A stretch of 64,000 nt of DNA from Yuukianura sp. NJ FZ-2021 (lineage: Eukaryota): positions 5,456,001 through 5,520,000 of the forward strand of contig CM102285.1 of assembly GCA_046563655.1 (NCBI GenBank), written 5' to 3'. A program made the position numbers and the translations under genes. Positions 12,745 to 26,232 of the stretch are shown here, piece by piece. The notes beneath the pieces were generated by a model, which ran no database searches, had not been told where the DNA came from, and saw only the letters and a list, made by a program, of their open reading frames with translations. Numbering within the stretch: the stretch's first letter is position 1; every line of letters begins with the position of its first letter.

Positions 12745-13804
12745 TTTCAACTTTTCGTTTTGGAAAGGTCGAGCTTTTCATAAAAGTAAAAGTTGTTTAG
12801 TAAGAAAAACTGAAGTTGCACTCCGTATTTGAACGAAAAAGTATCGATGGAAAATCCACTCAATTTTTTAATGGCTCAAGGAGTCTATAAAACGCTAGAA
12901 ATAAAAAAGTTATCACGTGGAACCGCTTTTCACATAGAAAGTTTGAATTTGAAATGAATTTTGAGTTCTTGATTAGCGTTAACGTCTAAAAAAAATTTCC
13001 AGACATAAACCGCCATGGCCGGGGGTACGATCGGAGTAGGAGCATAATTATTTCTGCGTTCGCAAACGAAACTAGCGCCAACATTTTTTTTTTATTTATA
13101 AGCAATTTGACATTAGCACAGTGAATTGTTTTCAAGAACGCTTGATAGCATCTCCTCGGCAGTTTAGGATGGACATACAGTGACCCAAAACTTTATGAAA
13201 AGTATTGGAGAAAAAAATTCTTAAATTTTTTTTTCAACTATGAAAAAAATGGACCCAGAAGTTCGAGGGGCATATCTCCCTCCATAGTTAGCATTAACAT
13301 TGGATAATTTTTTTTACTCCAATTTCCAATAATACTAAATACAGCTGTTAACAATATCATATTTTTTAGAGGAGTTGCTTTAAAGTATCAATTAATGTAG
13401 TTTAAAGCAGCACCGAAAAATTAAATGTTTATTCTGATTTGTTCCTCCTCCGCCGTGTATAACAAGTAAACGTGTCTAACCAATAATTAATTAGTTAAAT
13501 TTAAACCAAAACAAAATGGATCCTACAAGCATTATGAGCCCAGTAGACTCAGGAAAGAACAATTGAAGCTAAAGGAGCCTTAGTCTATACATAAGAATTC
13601 TTCAACTAATTATAACTAAATATTTACCATTATAAATTGTATAGTCTTGTGTCGTTAAGATAACTCCAAGTTCCCTTCATTCTACTTTAGTATACTAAAG
13701 TTATAGCAGCAGTGTAGTGTCAATCATCACATCATCATCAGCATATACCGTCTGTCCTACAAAAATAAATCTACAACTAAAATAGTTAGCAGAATGTATG
13801 GTGG

Positions 13805-14380
13805 GTAACTTTTCCCACTTCCCTAGCCAAAGTTATTGCAACTTCAGACAATAGCCCCCACCCCCCACTTTAAAGAGGTAGCTTCTTGTCTAGTCACTTC
13901 CCACCATTTCCCAGTAGTTGCAACTAATGATCTGGATGCTGGGAACTCAGTTTTGTGATTTCCCAGCATTTCCCACCTTCCTAGCCAAAGTTATTCCAAC
14001 TTCAGACTTTTCCTCCCACCCCCAAAATAAAGAGGTAGTTTTTTCCCCAGACACTTCCCACCATTTCCCAGTGTTGGGAAATGATGAACAAGATGCTGGG
14101 AACTCAGTTTTGTCATTTCCTGGTATTTCGCACATTCCTACTACCCAAAATTTTAACCAATGCGATTGCGATTTCTGACGAATCAGCGGAATAGTGGGTC
14201 CACTTCAGACAGCAACTTCATACAGCTAAAGGGGTAGTTTTTTCCCCAGTGACTTCCCAGCATTTCCCAGTGGTGGGATCAAGTGAGCAGGAGGTGGGAG
14301 AATTGTTTTTGTGGTTTCCAGTCAGTTCTGGAGTTCCTGGACAAAGTTAGGGGCACTTCAGACAGCACTTCAGACTTTTA
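13805..14380. repeat. Degenerate tandem repeats (~150-200 bp period)
   Basis: ACTTCAGAC, GGTAGTTTTTTCCCCAG and CACTTCCCACCATTTCCCAG recur 3-4 times. Confidence 0.6.
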
Positions 14381-14492
14381 GTCTTGGCCCAACTGCAATG
14401 CTTGTGCTTCCCGTCTTCACCAATTTGGTGAGGGGGGATCTGTCGAAACCTCAGAATCGTCAGAAAAATCAGAATACACCGACGTCGGTGAC

Positions 14493-14852
14493 GGTTAAAG
14501 CGAGCTATGTTCTGCTTGGAAATTGTTTTTCGAATGATATGACCTATGACAACCCAAAAATTGACCTGTACAAAAGTTTCTCACCTCATTGAGTAGATCA
14601 ATTTTTTGTCCTCCGACTTATGAGACTCCCTTAGCCTATGAGTTATGTTTTCTAAAACTCGGCAAATCGGGAGGTGCATATACAACTTCACAATTAACAA
14701 CTCAGCATGAGCTTACAGGGTCGTAGGTCACAGGACAAAAACTGATCTACTCGTTGGGGGGGTACAAGTTTTGTAGAGGTTATTTTTTGGGTTGTCATAG
14801 GTCATGTAATTCAGAAAAAAAAACTAATTAAAACAGACTTGATCGCTTTACT
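14493..14852. mobile_element. Degenerate foldback/MITE
   Basis: ~120-bp imperfect inverted arms, e.g. ATGACCTATGACAACCCAAAAA / TTTTTGGGTTGTCATAGGTCAT. No clear TSD. Confidence 0.6.
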
Positions 14853-15799
14853 ATAACCCAAAATTAAGCATGTCCTCACTAGTTTGAGAATTTATTATCA
14901 ACACTATTGGAGTAATGAAACTAAACTCGAATAAACACACAACTGTACTAATTTTCGGTTTATTCTGGGTTTATGTTCCTCATTGAAAGTAGTCAGAGGA
15001 TTAGCCTTCTCTCCAGACTAAAATTGCAAAGAATTGTGTGCGTCACGACGTCACATTATTCAGGGGATGAGTAGGCCCTTTATGATTTAAGTCGTAATCT
15101 ACATATGATTCACCTTCACACATCACCCTGTTACCGTTACAGTACACTAGTAACAGCCAAAAGAGAAGGAAGTGTTGACGCCTTGTTTAGTTAATTTAAT
15201 CAACTATAATTCTCCAGCTCGAGGTTAGTTACATCGATCATTAAGTCCGGAAGGCAAAGGCAGTGGCCATAGTTACTCTTCACATACAATTTCAACTACT
15301 GGATTGGACAATGTAAGGGCGCAAACAATCAGACAATTGACTTTCGACTTACATTTACATTTCCGTTTACGCCAGAATTTAGGTGGATTACTGCTAAGAG
15401 CACGCAGGCGAAAAAATCGGTTAAAGCAAAGTAAAGACATCCTTTTTTTTCACATTAGAGTGGAGAGTAAATGAGTAAAAGAATTGTCCAAACTTTCCAA
15501 AGTAAAGTAGTTGGACAAAATGACAACCAACCTTTAAAAATGACTCTTTTAGTAAAGTTATACGATTTAGTAGAGACAATCAATTTGTTATTTGCGATAT
15601 GTCTTTCTCTTTGCAACATTTGCTCAGGTCAAAGCTGAGTTGCCATTAGTACCACCTCCTACTTCGAAATTCCAAACTTGCGGGGGGGGGGGGCAGTATA
15701 GGGGGAGCGACCAATGCTGTTCGATGAGAGCTGTATTTTGACATAATCACACTTATTTGACATAATCACACCTTTTTTTTCAAAATTACAGTTGATACG

Positions 15800-16477
15800 A
15801 TGTCCGTTTTTGGCAAGTTATTTGGCTTCAAGAAACCCGAAGACAAGATCACGACAGGAGAGGCCATTCAAAAGTTGCGTGAAACGGAAGAAATGCTTGT
15901 TAAAAAGCAGGAGTTCCTTGAGAAGAAGATTGAGTTAGAAATTGGAATTGCTAAGAAAAATGGAGCCGCGAATAAACGGGTTGCAATACAGGCGTTGAAA
16001 CGAAAGAAACGCTACGAGAAACAACTGCAACAAATTGATGGGACCCTGTCGACAATAGAAATGCAACGTGAAGCATTGGAGGGCGCTAACACGAATACCG
16101 CCGTCCTGAACACGATGAGTGAGGCGGCCAAAGCTCTCAAAGCTGCTCATCAACATATGGACGTGGATAAGGTGCACGACATGATGGATGACATTGCTGA
16201 ACAGCAGGAAGTAGCTCGCGAGATTTCCGATGCCATTTCGAACCCGATTGCATTTGGACAAGATTTGGATGACGAGGAGCTTGAGCGCGAGCTGGAAGAA
16301 CTAGAGCAAGAGGGTCTGGACGAGGCCTTGCTGAACGTTGAGCCGGCTAAAAGCAAATTACCTGAGGTGCCCGGTAGTGAGCCTATTGCAACTGCGGCGG
16401 ATCGTCGTAAAGAGAAACCTCGTCCCGTCGAGGAAGACGAAGATGATATGAAAGAGTTGGCTGAATGGGCTTCTTAA
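15800..16477 (+). CDS. CHMP4: ESCRT-III subunit CHMP4/Snf7/shrub, single coding exon
   Basis: EAIQKLRETEEMLVKKQEFLEKKI, NKRVAIQALKRKKRYEKQLQQIDGTLSTIEMQREALEGANTN and the C-terminal DDMKELAEWAS ALIX-binding helix. Confidence 0.97.
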   Translation: MSVFGKLFGFKKPEDKITTGEAIQKLRETEEMLVKKQEFLEKKIELEIGIAKKNGAANKRVAIQALKRKKRYEKQLQQIDGTLSTIEMQREALEGANTNTAVLNTMSEAAKALKAAHQHMDVDKVHDMMDDIAEQQEVAREISDAISNPIAFGQDLDDEELERELEELEQEGLDEALLNVEPAKSKLPEVPGSEPIATAADRRKEKPRPVEEDEDDMKELAEWAS

Positions 16478-17052
16478 GATCGTGGGCTCTATCGCATTAG
16501 AATTAATTGCTAACACAACTTTCAGCTCGTAAAATACATTTCGGTGTGGTTTCACAGATAATAATTTACCTAACAAAATAAAAAAAAAACCTTAGTGTTA
16601 AGTTACTTGTTTCCATTCTTCAAATAGATTTATTAAATACCACTCCATACGGTAATTCCGTATCCATCTGAAGTGAGTTTTTGAAACGTACCCTTTACGT
16701 GTTGGAGTTGATGTTAGCAGTTGGAGGGAGGTTTCGACGAATCGTACTCGGGTTATAAGTTAGACTCTTGAGGATAGGTCCCTAACCTAACCTGTACTTT
16801 AAACCTCATTTACTGTAGGTGAGAATGTATTTCAAATTATCGGACTAATTGATTCGTGTTAGGTTACGTGGCTCTCCAGATTTGTTGAGGTTCCGAGGAT
16901 TCTGAAGACGGTGAAAGTAAGACTTTCACCCGATGAAGTCAGAATGTGAAATCACTCAAGGACGACCCCTTTGGGTGCACCGAATTTCAAAAATGGGGTG
17001 TGGTAAAACATTTAACTAGCGAAAGGCGGTTGGGTCAAAAGATGGTCCACAT

Positions 17053-17293
17053 CAAGATTGCTATAGCGACCATTTATACAAATGGCGTTAACAGGTTATG
17101 TCATAACTCCAATTCAAAAAAACAAACAAGAAAAAACAACTTTTGGACCAATTTTGGACCAATCCCATTTACTTTACATGGTGCGAGGTCAACAAAATCG
17201 TAGAAAATTTCAAAACAAACAATTTATGACATAAACAAGTTATGACATAACCTCTTAACGCCATTTGTATAAATGATCGCTATAGCAATCTTG
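17053..17293. mobile_element. MITE with 8-bp TSD (hAT- or P-like)
   Basis: ~55-bp TIR starting CAAGATTGCTATAGCGA. Perfect TSD GTCCACAT at 17045-17052 and 17294-17301. Confidence 0.88.
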
Positions 17294-19890
17294 GTCCACA
17301 TTATCATCACAAACGCTCTAAAGTAAAAGCTGATTAATGGTTAAATTCTAGGAGAAAGCATAGCAGGTCATAATTACCAGGGCAAAGGTACACGCTATTG
17401 GAATTGGATGAAACACAAATCATTTGGAGATAGGGACACTATTTCTCAAGGGCAAGCCACTTCTACATTCAGCGGTTAGGTTAATCCTAACCTAATCCGA
17501 AAAAAAATTTTATACACGAAAGACGAAACCGAAGCACTCAGAAAAATCTCAGCAGAAATCATATCAAAACAAAACGCTTAAAGTTAGAAACCCATCAACG
17601 GTGCATTTAAATTACGTAATATCCGCACGCGTGTAATGTTAAGTTAATTTTTGTTTTCACCGCTTTCCATTTAAGACTCAGTTGCGGCTGCCTCCAGAAT
17701 AAAACTGTAAATATCGTGGCGTGTCTGCCCCACCTAAAGTAAAGTATCTAACGGGAAATTTTTGAATCTCCCAATAAGCAAATTTGAATTTTTAATACTC
17801 GATGTGGTTACTGTGTTAAGTAATTGTAATAAATATTTAACGCTGGTCGTGCCCGCCATGAGGTCGCTTTTTAGTCTTAAACTGGAACCAGATTTTAAAC
17901 TGAATAAGTACGTACATAAGGTTTCTGAAAGTTCTTTTTATTTCTTTCAAGAAGACTGTTGATTCAGTTCCCGTGGTTTTCCCAAATGCAGAACAGAAAT
18001 AACTTGTACGAATATGAGCTTAAAAAGAGAAAGATGCGAAGCATGTTGCTTTGATGATGCCGTGTTAAGGAAAGGAAAGCTGTCTTTGACGCTGAGCGTT
18101 GAGCAAACATGCCAAGCGCGCTCCGCTGGGTTCCGACTCCGAATTCCGAGTTCCAGTATAAGTTTAGCACACAGTTTCTTGGTTCCTTCTTCTGTCTTTT
18201 ATTCGAAACAGTTTCGACAGTGCGCTTTTCCATCGGAATTTATAATGGCAGATCCGTACTGCTCTACGTTCAAAATCGGGTTGTTTTGCAATTTAATTTC
18301 CGAAATGAATTTACGTTTCCTTGAGAAAGCTACCACTCATGTTACCAGGTCACATGAATAGGGAAAGTACTTTGTGCAGTGAGACATTTAGGATGCACCA
18401 CGCCTTAGAAAGTATTTAAAACTTTGTTTTGCCTATTGGAAGTGGATCTGAGAGTTTTGGTGATGGTGGCCAATTGTAAGTGTTTATTTTGCTATTCATT
18501 TGCAGAGGAGACTTCACATCGGTGATGCTGAACTGGAAATTGAATCTAACTCTCCCTTTGCAGGGTAAGCCAATTTTGGAGTTAACACAAGAGATCATTA
18601 TCGTGTCGAATATTTGTTCAAATAAATGACCAAAGAAGGATGCGGATTAGAGAGCCAATTAAATTCAAACAATAAATTATCAGCCTGCTAAAATTATCAA
18701 ACTTGTAATTTAAACTTGCATCGTTGCATCGCATGTGTGCAGATCATAATTGCTGCAGGTATGTCATTTCAGTCGCGAAAGGTAGTCACCTTATGCTGAT
18801 TAAACTACAAATGACCTTGACACAGGGAGGAAACAAGCAGCGTTTCAGGCGAGGTCATGTAACTCATAAGTCAATGATAGCATAATAATAGCATAGGATT
18901 TGGAGAAAGTATTAGGAAGTTCCCACTCCAACCCGCCTAATTCCCCATGGAATATGAACTCGAACTCGCTTTAGCTTTCGCCAGGTTTTGTTTTTAACTT
19001 GATGTCGGCACTAAAAGCAACAGTCCGCGAAGACCCGCTCTTTTCCAACGAGGAGGCAGTCGGCTGCCTGCTTGCAAACACGATATTCACACTAAATCCG
19101 CATCATAATTTGCTTGAGTATGAATTAATTTTCAAAGTTCAATTATGTACAACCTGATCAATCAATCCTAACAAACACGGCAAATAGACTGATGGACAAA
19201 GGCGTAGTCTTTACAGCATGATGTAGACATTCGAAATTCGACTAGAAGACTAAAAAAGCTAAATTTTAAACACATATTTGCTGTCTTACAAGTTTTAAAT
19301 ATTCGATTGAAGTTAACTTTTATAGTTTGATTTTTTAATTCTGAGCCTTGTTGTATGTTGCAAACTAATGTCGGTGCTAATGGCAATTCTAATAACCGAA
19401 CACACATGTACGGAAGCATTCTAGCGATTTTCTAACTGGAAATGTAAATAGGAACACGGCTTTTCATTGCACATTTTGGTATTAAATTATTTACGCATCA
19501 TTTTGTGGCAGCAAAAGTTCCGATCATTTTCTCGGGAAACTGATTTTGGCGTTTGAAAATTCGATAAACATAATGCTCAGAACACAAATCAAACCGAATT
19601 ATCCGTTAGGCGTATAAGGTTAAAATTTGCATTGATAAATTTTGAAACGTTCACAAGTACCTACATTTGTAGCAGCGGTTTGTTTAGTCTACCTTTTCTA
19701 AGCACCGCCCTAACTTTTTAAAATTACAAGTATTTGGTTTTAAATTATCGTACGCGTCCCCAGAAGAAATGTGTCTCCAAAAAACCATAGGTGTTAAAGT
19801 ATATTGACTTCATTTGTTGATTATATCTGCCTTTAAATAAATTTTTGTAGTTTGTCAAATGTGTTGCTATAAGTTGCGTTTACTTTGCAG

Positions 19891-22800
19891 ATGACAAAGG
19901 AAAGTGAAAAGAGCTTGAAAGTTGGCCAGCAGAATCATGGAAAATTGAAAGGCTCAGGAAGTCAGGTTGAGCAGTCTGAAGATTCTAGTATATTTAACCC
20001 ATTGATCCGCCTGCCACAAACTTCAATAAGCCCTCAAGACTCGTCGCGAGCAGTTCAAAAAAATGTGAAAATGTCTCCCATACCTTCTGGGGCGCAGACT
20101 ATGCCTGCATTTGACCCAACGCAACCTCAAGCTGATATCACCAACGGATCAACAACACCCAGCAACAGATGCTGCCTGTGTTGGTGCTGCTGTTGCTCAT
20201 GCTCATGGTAGTGTACAAACATATATATAGCGTGTCCAAAAACTCTATGCCCGCTATTTACAAAGCATAGACTTATAGGAAATTGCCAGCTTCTCGCCAT
20301 AGCCATTTGACATTCACATTCACTTTTAGACCATCCAGCAGCATCAGAGATGACCCCTGGGTCATGTTATGTTGCACGTAGAAATCGTCAAAATCGAAAG
20401 AAGCCTACGAGTTGCGTACAATTTCCCAAGCCTACTCGTTGATGAAAGTGGGATAACGTTTTTGGACACCTGTAGAACAGTATTGTACGTCATACCACTT
20501 ATCATATTGTCATTTTTGTAATAGTTCTGGCCTGAGGAATTCGCAACATAGTCGTGGTAAAGCGAAAGACACTGAATCAGAGGCCAGTACGGATCCTGAA
20601 CAGAAGTAAGTAAAGAAAATACTGTTCTACTACTCGATTTACGAAAGTAAAATCAACCTGAAGGTCGCAACCGACCATGAACAGCAGTGCACAAAGTCTT
20701 TTTGGCTATCGAGTTTATCGTCAACAATTACGAACTATATTAATGTAATGTTCGCTCATAGTTACAGTTTCATTAAGGTCTGTTTATCTAAGGTCATCTA
20801 AGAAGTAAATTACATCAGTCGCATTGTACACATTTGGCCACGTTGGTTTTAGGCGGCGAATCGGGTCCATGATTTTTTTCGATTCAACTTTTATTAAAGA
20901 CTAGGTTGTTGTCCATGAAAGGAAAATAATCTTGGCCAAGTCTGTACAATTTGTTTCAATTTTATTTGCATTGCAAGCCGCAAGCGTATTGCCGCGAGAA
21001 TTGTTTCTTAAGCTGAAAAGGTTGCAAAGAAGAATACCTTTGAAAGATTTAAAAAAAATTGTTGCAAAAGTAATGTTGTGCCTGGACCCTATTTGCTCCA
21101 GAAAAGCGTTTCCAGAATGTTTGTCTGTAAAGGTAAATTATTGTTTACAGCAAAATAAAATGCTACTTCCTAAAAATATGTCAAATTACTACAGTAATCT
21201 TAAGGATTTATTGTGGTCTGGATCTGTACAAAGTTCAGGTTTGGCATGGACATGACCTCAGTCGTTAGTCGAGGTGATGGTGGATCCGCGTGTTCGAAAA
21301 GTTAATTCCATTTTTCTCTGCACAAACCTCATATTCTCCAAAAAGTAAACGGTGGGAAATGAGAGATGAGATGGAGAAAGTTACACAGGGAGAAACAAGA
21401 TGGAACTAACTTTTCGGACACACTAGCTTTTTAGGTATCTTGAAATTCTAGGGCTGTATCGAATGCATGTTCTTTCGAAATGAATAGCGTAAACATCGTC
21501 TACAAAGTAACACTTACATTTAGGTTTCGTAACAACAAAATTTAATTCACTAACCTAACCTAACTCGTTCACTCTTCCAATTTTTTAGTCCATCTTTGGA
21601 AGAAATCAGGAGTTGGGGGGAATCTTTTGAAAAACTGATGTGTAGCGTAAATGGTCGTAAAGTATTTCGGGATTTCCTCAGATGCGAGTACAGTGAAGAA
21701 AATATACTCTTCTGGCTAGCTTGTGAAGAATTAAGGTAACAAGTATTCTGGATTCATTCTTTTAGACTGTAAATATTAAGGTACATCTAATCTTCTTTAT
21801 TCTGGTATTTTTCGTTTGTATCCCCTCAACATGACATAGACAAACAGAGCTTTAAGCTCATTGCATTAATTAACAATGCCGGAAAAAGGCAATATCAAAG
21901 TTGTCATTCTTTCGGAAATTCTCCACACGAATTTCCAAAGATGGTAAAACGAAAAAAAAATTATTTGATTATTTTTCAAGTCTCACTTGTTCCTTTCTTG
22001 ATGTTTCTGAATATATGTACTAGAAATGTGTATCATGAGAACAACCTCTAAACTATGCTCAAGCTGTAAAAAAAATAAGCGTTAAATTCGATACACATTT
22101 CGATTTTGTTTAAAGCTTTAAGCTCGGAATTTTATGTCAACTGCCAAGTGTCAGCAAAATCCTACATATACTCGTCGTTCCTACACTTGACAATTATAGT
22201 TTCGAAATAGTATAATGAATATACCTTGAAATATAACTTAAGTATTTTAACATCGCTATAATTTAACTATATAATTTAACCTCGGCTTTAGTTTGATTTC
22301 ACAATAAGTCTTAACTTCCTGGTTAAAAAATGGTATTTTGAATTTATTTTCCTAAAACACGAAATGCTATTTTAGTACCCACCTTACTTGAAATAATTAA
22401 CTTTCTTGTTTACAAAGCGACAAAAGTAACGTATTAATTAAGTATTCTTTTTTTTTATAGGAAAGAGCGGAAACCTGAAGCTGTTGAAGAAAAAGCGAGA
22501 CTCATTTACGAGGATTATATTTCAATTCTTTCTCCAAAAGAGGTCTCGATCTTTAAATCTTTGCATAATGTTGACAATGCATACTGCAACTTACAGGGCA
22601 TGCATGCAAGCTTTCACTACTACGCCCGGGCGGGTGGTTTTTGAATTTTTCTTGACTACTTAAACAGCCATAATTTACAGCAGATTTAAAAGTATTAACA
22701 CCCAAATTTTATATTTATTGTCGTGTTTCCCTATAGTTTGGTTCCAATTGCAACCAACCGTCCGGAAACACGTTGGTAAAAGCTTAAAAGCTAGAATTGT

Positions 22801-23525
22801 TAAAACGTGGTCCGGAGCTTGTATGGCACAAGCAATTCCTTAAAACTTGCGTTTCTAAAGTCGATGCTTTGCTTTTTACATTAAATAGCATTTTGAGTAG
22901 TTGCTTTTCTTTAAAAGCAAAAAATCCTGCTTTAAAAAAAATATGCGACTTCGCATTCCGTCAAGCTAGTTTACTAAAACCAAGTCAAGTTTAACAAAGT
23001 ATACATTCAAACCGATGTATATTTGTTATTTTGTGCGATTAAAGTTAGTTTCACCTCATAAAACGTCTCTTTAAACTTACTGTCTTAAAAAGTTCAATTT
23101 TAAACGACTTTGACACAAAAAGTAAAACCAGAGAGCATGAAAACCAATGATTGCTTTTTTTGTTTAAGAAGCAAACACAATAGCCAAAAAAAGCACTTGG
23201 TTTAAAGTTACCCCGGAACATATGTTGCGCTGGCCATTACACCTTGTTTCTAATTGTTTGAATTTACTTTTATAACTAGGTGAGCTTAGATTCCCGGGTA
23301 CGAGAATTGGTGAACCAAAATATGGTGGACCCATCTCCCAATACATTTGATGAAGCTCAGCTCCAGATTTACACCCTTATGCATAGAGATTCGTATCCTC
23401 GTTTTGTTAATTCCGTTATGTACAAGAAGTTGGCTCAGTTAAGTGTCAATCACAGAGGTTCATCTGTATCCACATCCGGTATTCGAAGCAACCCCGCATC
23501 TCCGAAAGAGTCGTTGGCGATTTAA
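19891..23525 (+). CDS. Regulator of G-protein signalling, RZ/A subfamily (RGS17/19/20-like). Exons 19891-20207, 20525-20605, 21589-21735, 22461-22542, 23280-23525
   Basis: Cysteine string RCCLCWCCCCSCSC. RGS box SWGESFEKLM...FRDFLRCEYSEENILFWLACEEL...ARLIYEDYISILSPKEVSLDSRVRE...FDEAQLQIYTLMHRDSYPRF. The ATG directly follows a splice acceptor, so upstream exons may exist. Confidence 0.93.
20228..20472. mobile_element. Tc1/mariner-like MITE in an RGS intron
   Basis: GTGTCCAAAAAC / GTTTTTGGACAC inverted ends with TA flanks. Confidence 0.6.
21290..21422. mobile_element. Short degenerate MITE
   Basis: GTGTTCGAAAAGTTAATTCCAT / ATGGAACTAACTTTTCGGACAC inverted ends. Confidence 0.5.
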
Positions 23526-25570
23526 ATCAAGTACTGAAAGCTAACCAATAAGTTTCGTAACGTCGACGTTTGTTTTGTGAAGATGCCTCTCCCCGGGACC
23601 AGTTGTATTCAATAACATCCGACACTATTCTTCTGCGATGTTGCAACAGTAAAATCTGGAGTACTCAACACAACTCGGCCTAGGCCTTCAAATTACGCGA
23701 ATTTCTCCAGTTCTCTTGTATATTAATTGAGTGTTGCGTCGTTGAATGTGACAAAATGTTGAGTTTGGCTCCCCATAATATTTTCAAGTTTCTGTTTCCG
23801 TCGCGAGCGTTTCTTATGCGATCGAATGAAAAGAAACAGAGGAGAGAGAGAGGGAAGCGTTTTTTAGAATGGACATAAGACGGCACAATGTTGGGTGCTC
23901 AAACGATTTATTTGATTTTTTTGTTACGAAAGACATTAACATCCTAATGCTCATATATCATAATGTAATAATGAATAGGCAGGTCAACGTTACGCGATCT
24001 TTTTTAACTCTGTAGCCCAAAATCCGCCTGGTTCATCAAAACTCCGAGTGAAATCCGAGTACGCTGCTGAAATTCACAACACTTTAACTATAACAGTAAA
24101 TCGTGCAAACGGCTAAAAATATTTCCTACATTTGGTTCAGCTATATAACTTATATTATACCCAACGGAAGCAATACATGACCCCCCCCCCTCCTCTCTAC
24201 TCCGCTGGTGGGGATATCAACAGTCATGCCCTAGGTTAACCTGCGTTTCCAACCGACTAACCAAAAAAAAAAATTAACCGAACACTTCCTGATAGTGAGT
24301 TCGGAAAGGCGGAATCCCAATCTTCAAAATCCGTCTTAAACATACATTATGCTACTAGTAAGTGTTCAAAGAATAACATTAGAACGTTTACTAAGACGGT
24401 TCTATCCTTATATTAACACGCGCTCCATAATACCTGTGCACAACCCTTGAGCACCGCCCTATACGTGTTTCGTCTTATTGGAACGAATGTTCCCTTCGCG
24501 GGCGATATATATATCGCTCGCGCGATACGCTTTGCGCGAGCTGTGGTTTTGAATCCACAGTATTTCATTTTTTTTTGTCAATCTCCAATACCGTTAAAAC
24601 ATTTTCGTGCAACATTTGAAAGCCTACAACTTTGAGTTTTTGTCCAGTTTTAGTTTTTGAATGAAACCGCAAAGTCGGGTATTGAGTGAGACGGGTTATT
24701 TGTAGTGTATACAGATTAGTCAACTTTTCAGTAATCAGTTCCACGCGGCAACAGCGACGTCCTGGATATGGTCTCGGTATCAGGGTTTGTATGTTTCGTT
24801 GTTTGAAAATATTTTGAATGTAAACCTCACGTGGCTTTTTGAATATTGTGCAGCAGCATAACCAAATACCCAATATCGGATCAAAACATTCTAAAGCTGT
24901 TAGAAGTCTTCACCTCTCCTTTACGTAATATTATTCGGTATGCCGCGTGTATTAGTAAGAATAATAACTTAGCCGAAGGAAAAATAGAAAACAACTTCAA
25001 GCGTTGCTGTTGAAAATTAAGTTTACTTGTTTTGGAATTTTAGTATGTTATATTTTTGAAGTTGTACTGCGAGTGCATACCGTACCACCATGCGCAACTC
25101 TCAATTCCGAACATGGATGTCCTCCCGATCCTATTATGTTAAATTTTACTTACTACATTGAAATTTCTTGTATTTCCGACCATTTTATTTTCTGACACCT
25201 ATTTACAAACAAAACATTCATTTGTACTTTAAGTTAATTAATAACTTAAGTGTAATTACTTTAAATAAAATACTCTTAACACGATTAAGATAGGTCTAGC
25301 CTGATATAAGCGAAATTAATCTAATAACCGATACTTAATTCAAATGAGGCAGGGCAACTAAAATCTAAAGGATAAGCACAAACTGATCTCAATAATAATG
25401 TCAAAAGTACAATACGTTTAGGTAAATGGGGGTAGAATCTATGATATGGCTGATGTATCCACGCCAAAGCCCAGTTGAATTGTTTATGTTCATTTTACAG
25501 GCGCTACGCCATATAAAACCAAAGGCTTGAAGCAACTGTTATTACGTTTACCCAGCCATACTCACAATTT

Positions 25571-26232
25571 GGTTGAAGTAAACTTGAGAGACAGGATTGT
25601 CCCCACCCGTTCAAATTTTCGCGCTGCTTCCATTGTCCCCACCCATTGTCCCCACTTGGTGGGGACAAATGTGTCCCCACCAGCCTTAAACAACGACTCC
25701 ACCTAGCGGTTGGTGTCGAACTAACGAATTCGAGCTGGCAACGTTGTAGTGTTGCTTCAATGTAAAAAACCCGCTGTAGAAAAGGCCACTAGGGACTAGG
25801 GCACATGTAATCACTATTGCGTGCTTAACCAAACCTAACGCCGCGGAAACTGCATTGTACCAAGAAGTTTCGGGCTGAAACTACACGAAGAAGTTTCTTT
25901 GCAGTTTCCGCGCCGAAGGCGCGGCGTTAGGTTTGGTTAAGCATGCAATAGTGACTATGTCTGTAGGTTTCGCTGATTGTCCTACAATAGCGATTTTGTC
26001 TGTAGGTTTTTCTGACTTAGTCTCACTATATTTATTACCAGTGCACTGGGTGGGGGCAATGGAGCAACGGTACGACGTTGCCAGCTCGAATTCGCTAGTT
26101 CCACTTCAGCCGCTAGGGGACTCGGTGTAAGGCTGGTGGGGACACATTTGTCCCCACCAAGTGGGGACAATGGAAACAGCGCGAAAATTTGAACGGGTGG
26201 GGACAATCCTGTCTCTCAAGTTTACTTCAACC
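25571..26232. mobile_element. Long-TIR non-autonomous element with 8-bp TSD (Merlin- or Mutator-like)
   Basis: TIR GGTTGAAGTAAACTTGAGAGACAGGATTGTCCCCACCCGTTCAAATTTTCGCGCTG, extending imperfectly to ~190 bp. TSD CACAATTT at 25563-25570 and 26233-26240. A second inverted repeat lies inside at ~25803-25960. Confidence 0.88.

Noticed and set aside
15935..16576. Antisense ORFs over CHMP4 (likewise over SEH1, the zinc-finger gene and chinmo)
   Set aside because: Shadow frames of real coding exons.
16889..16945. Hammerhead ribozyme (CTGAAGA followed by the GGTGAAAGT/ACTTTCACC stem)
   Set aside because: No GAAA after stem II and no stem III or cleavage triplet. It is a simple hairpin.
17964..18361. 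Overlapping short ORFs as upstream RGS exons
   Set aside because: No recognisable homology and I could not establish a splice path. Left uncalled.
21550..21565. TAACCTAACCTAA as telomeric TTAGG repeats
   Set aside because: Only 2-3 units, scattered across the window in introns and MITEs. Not a telomeric tract.
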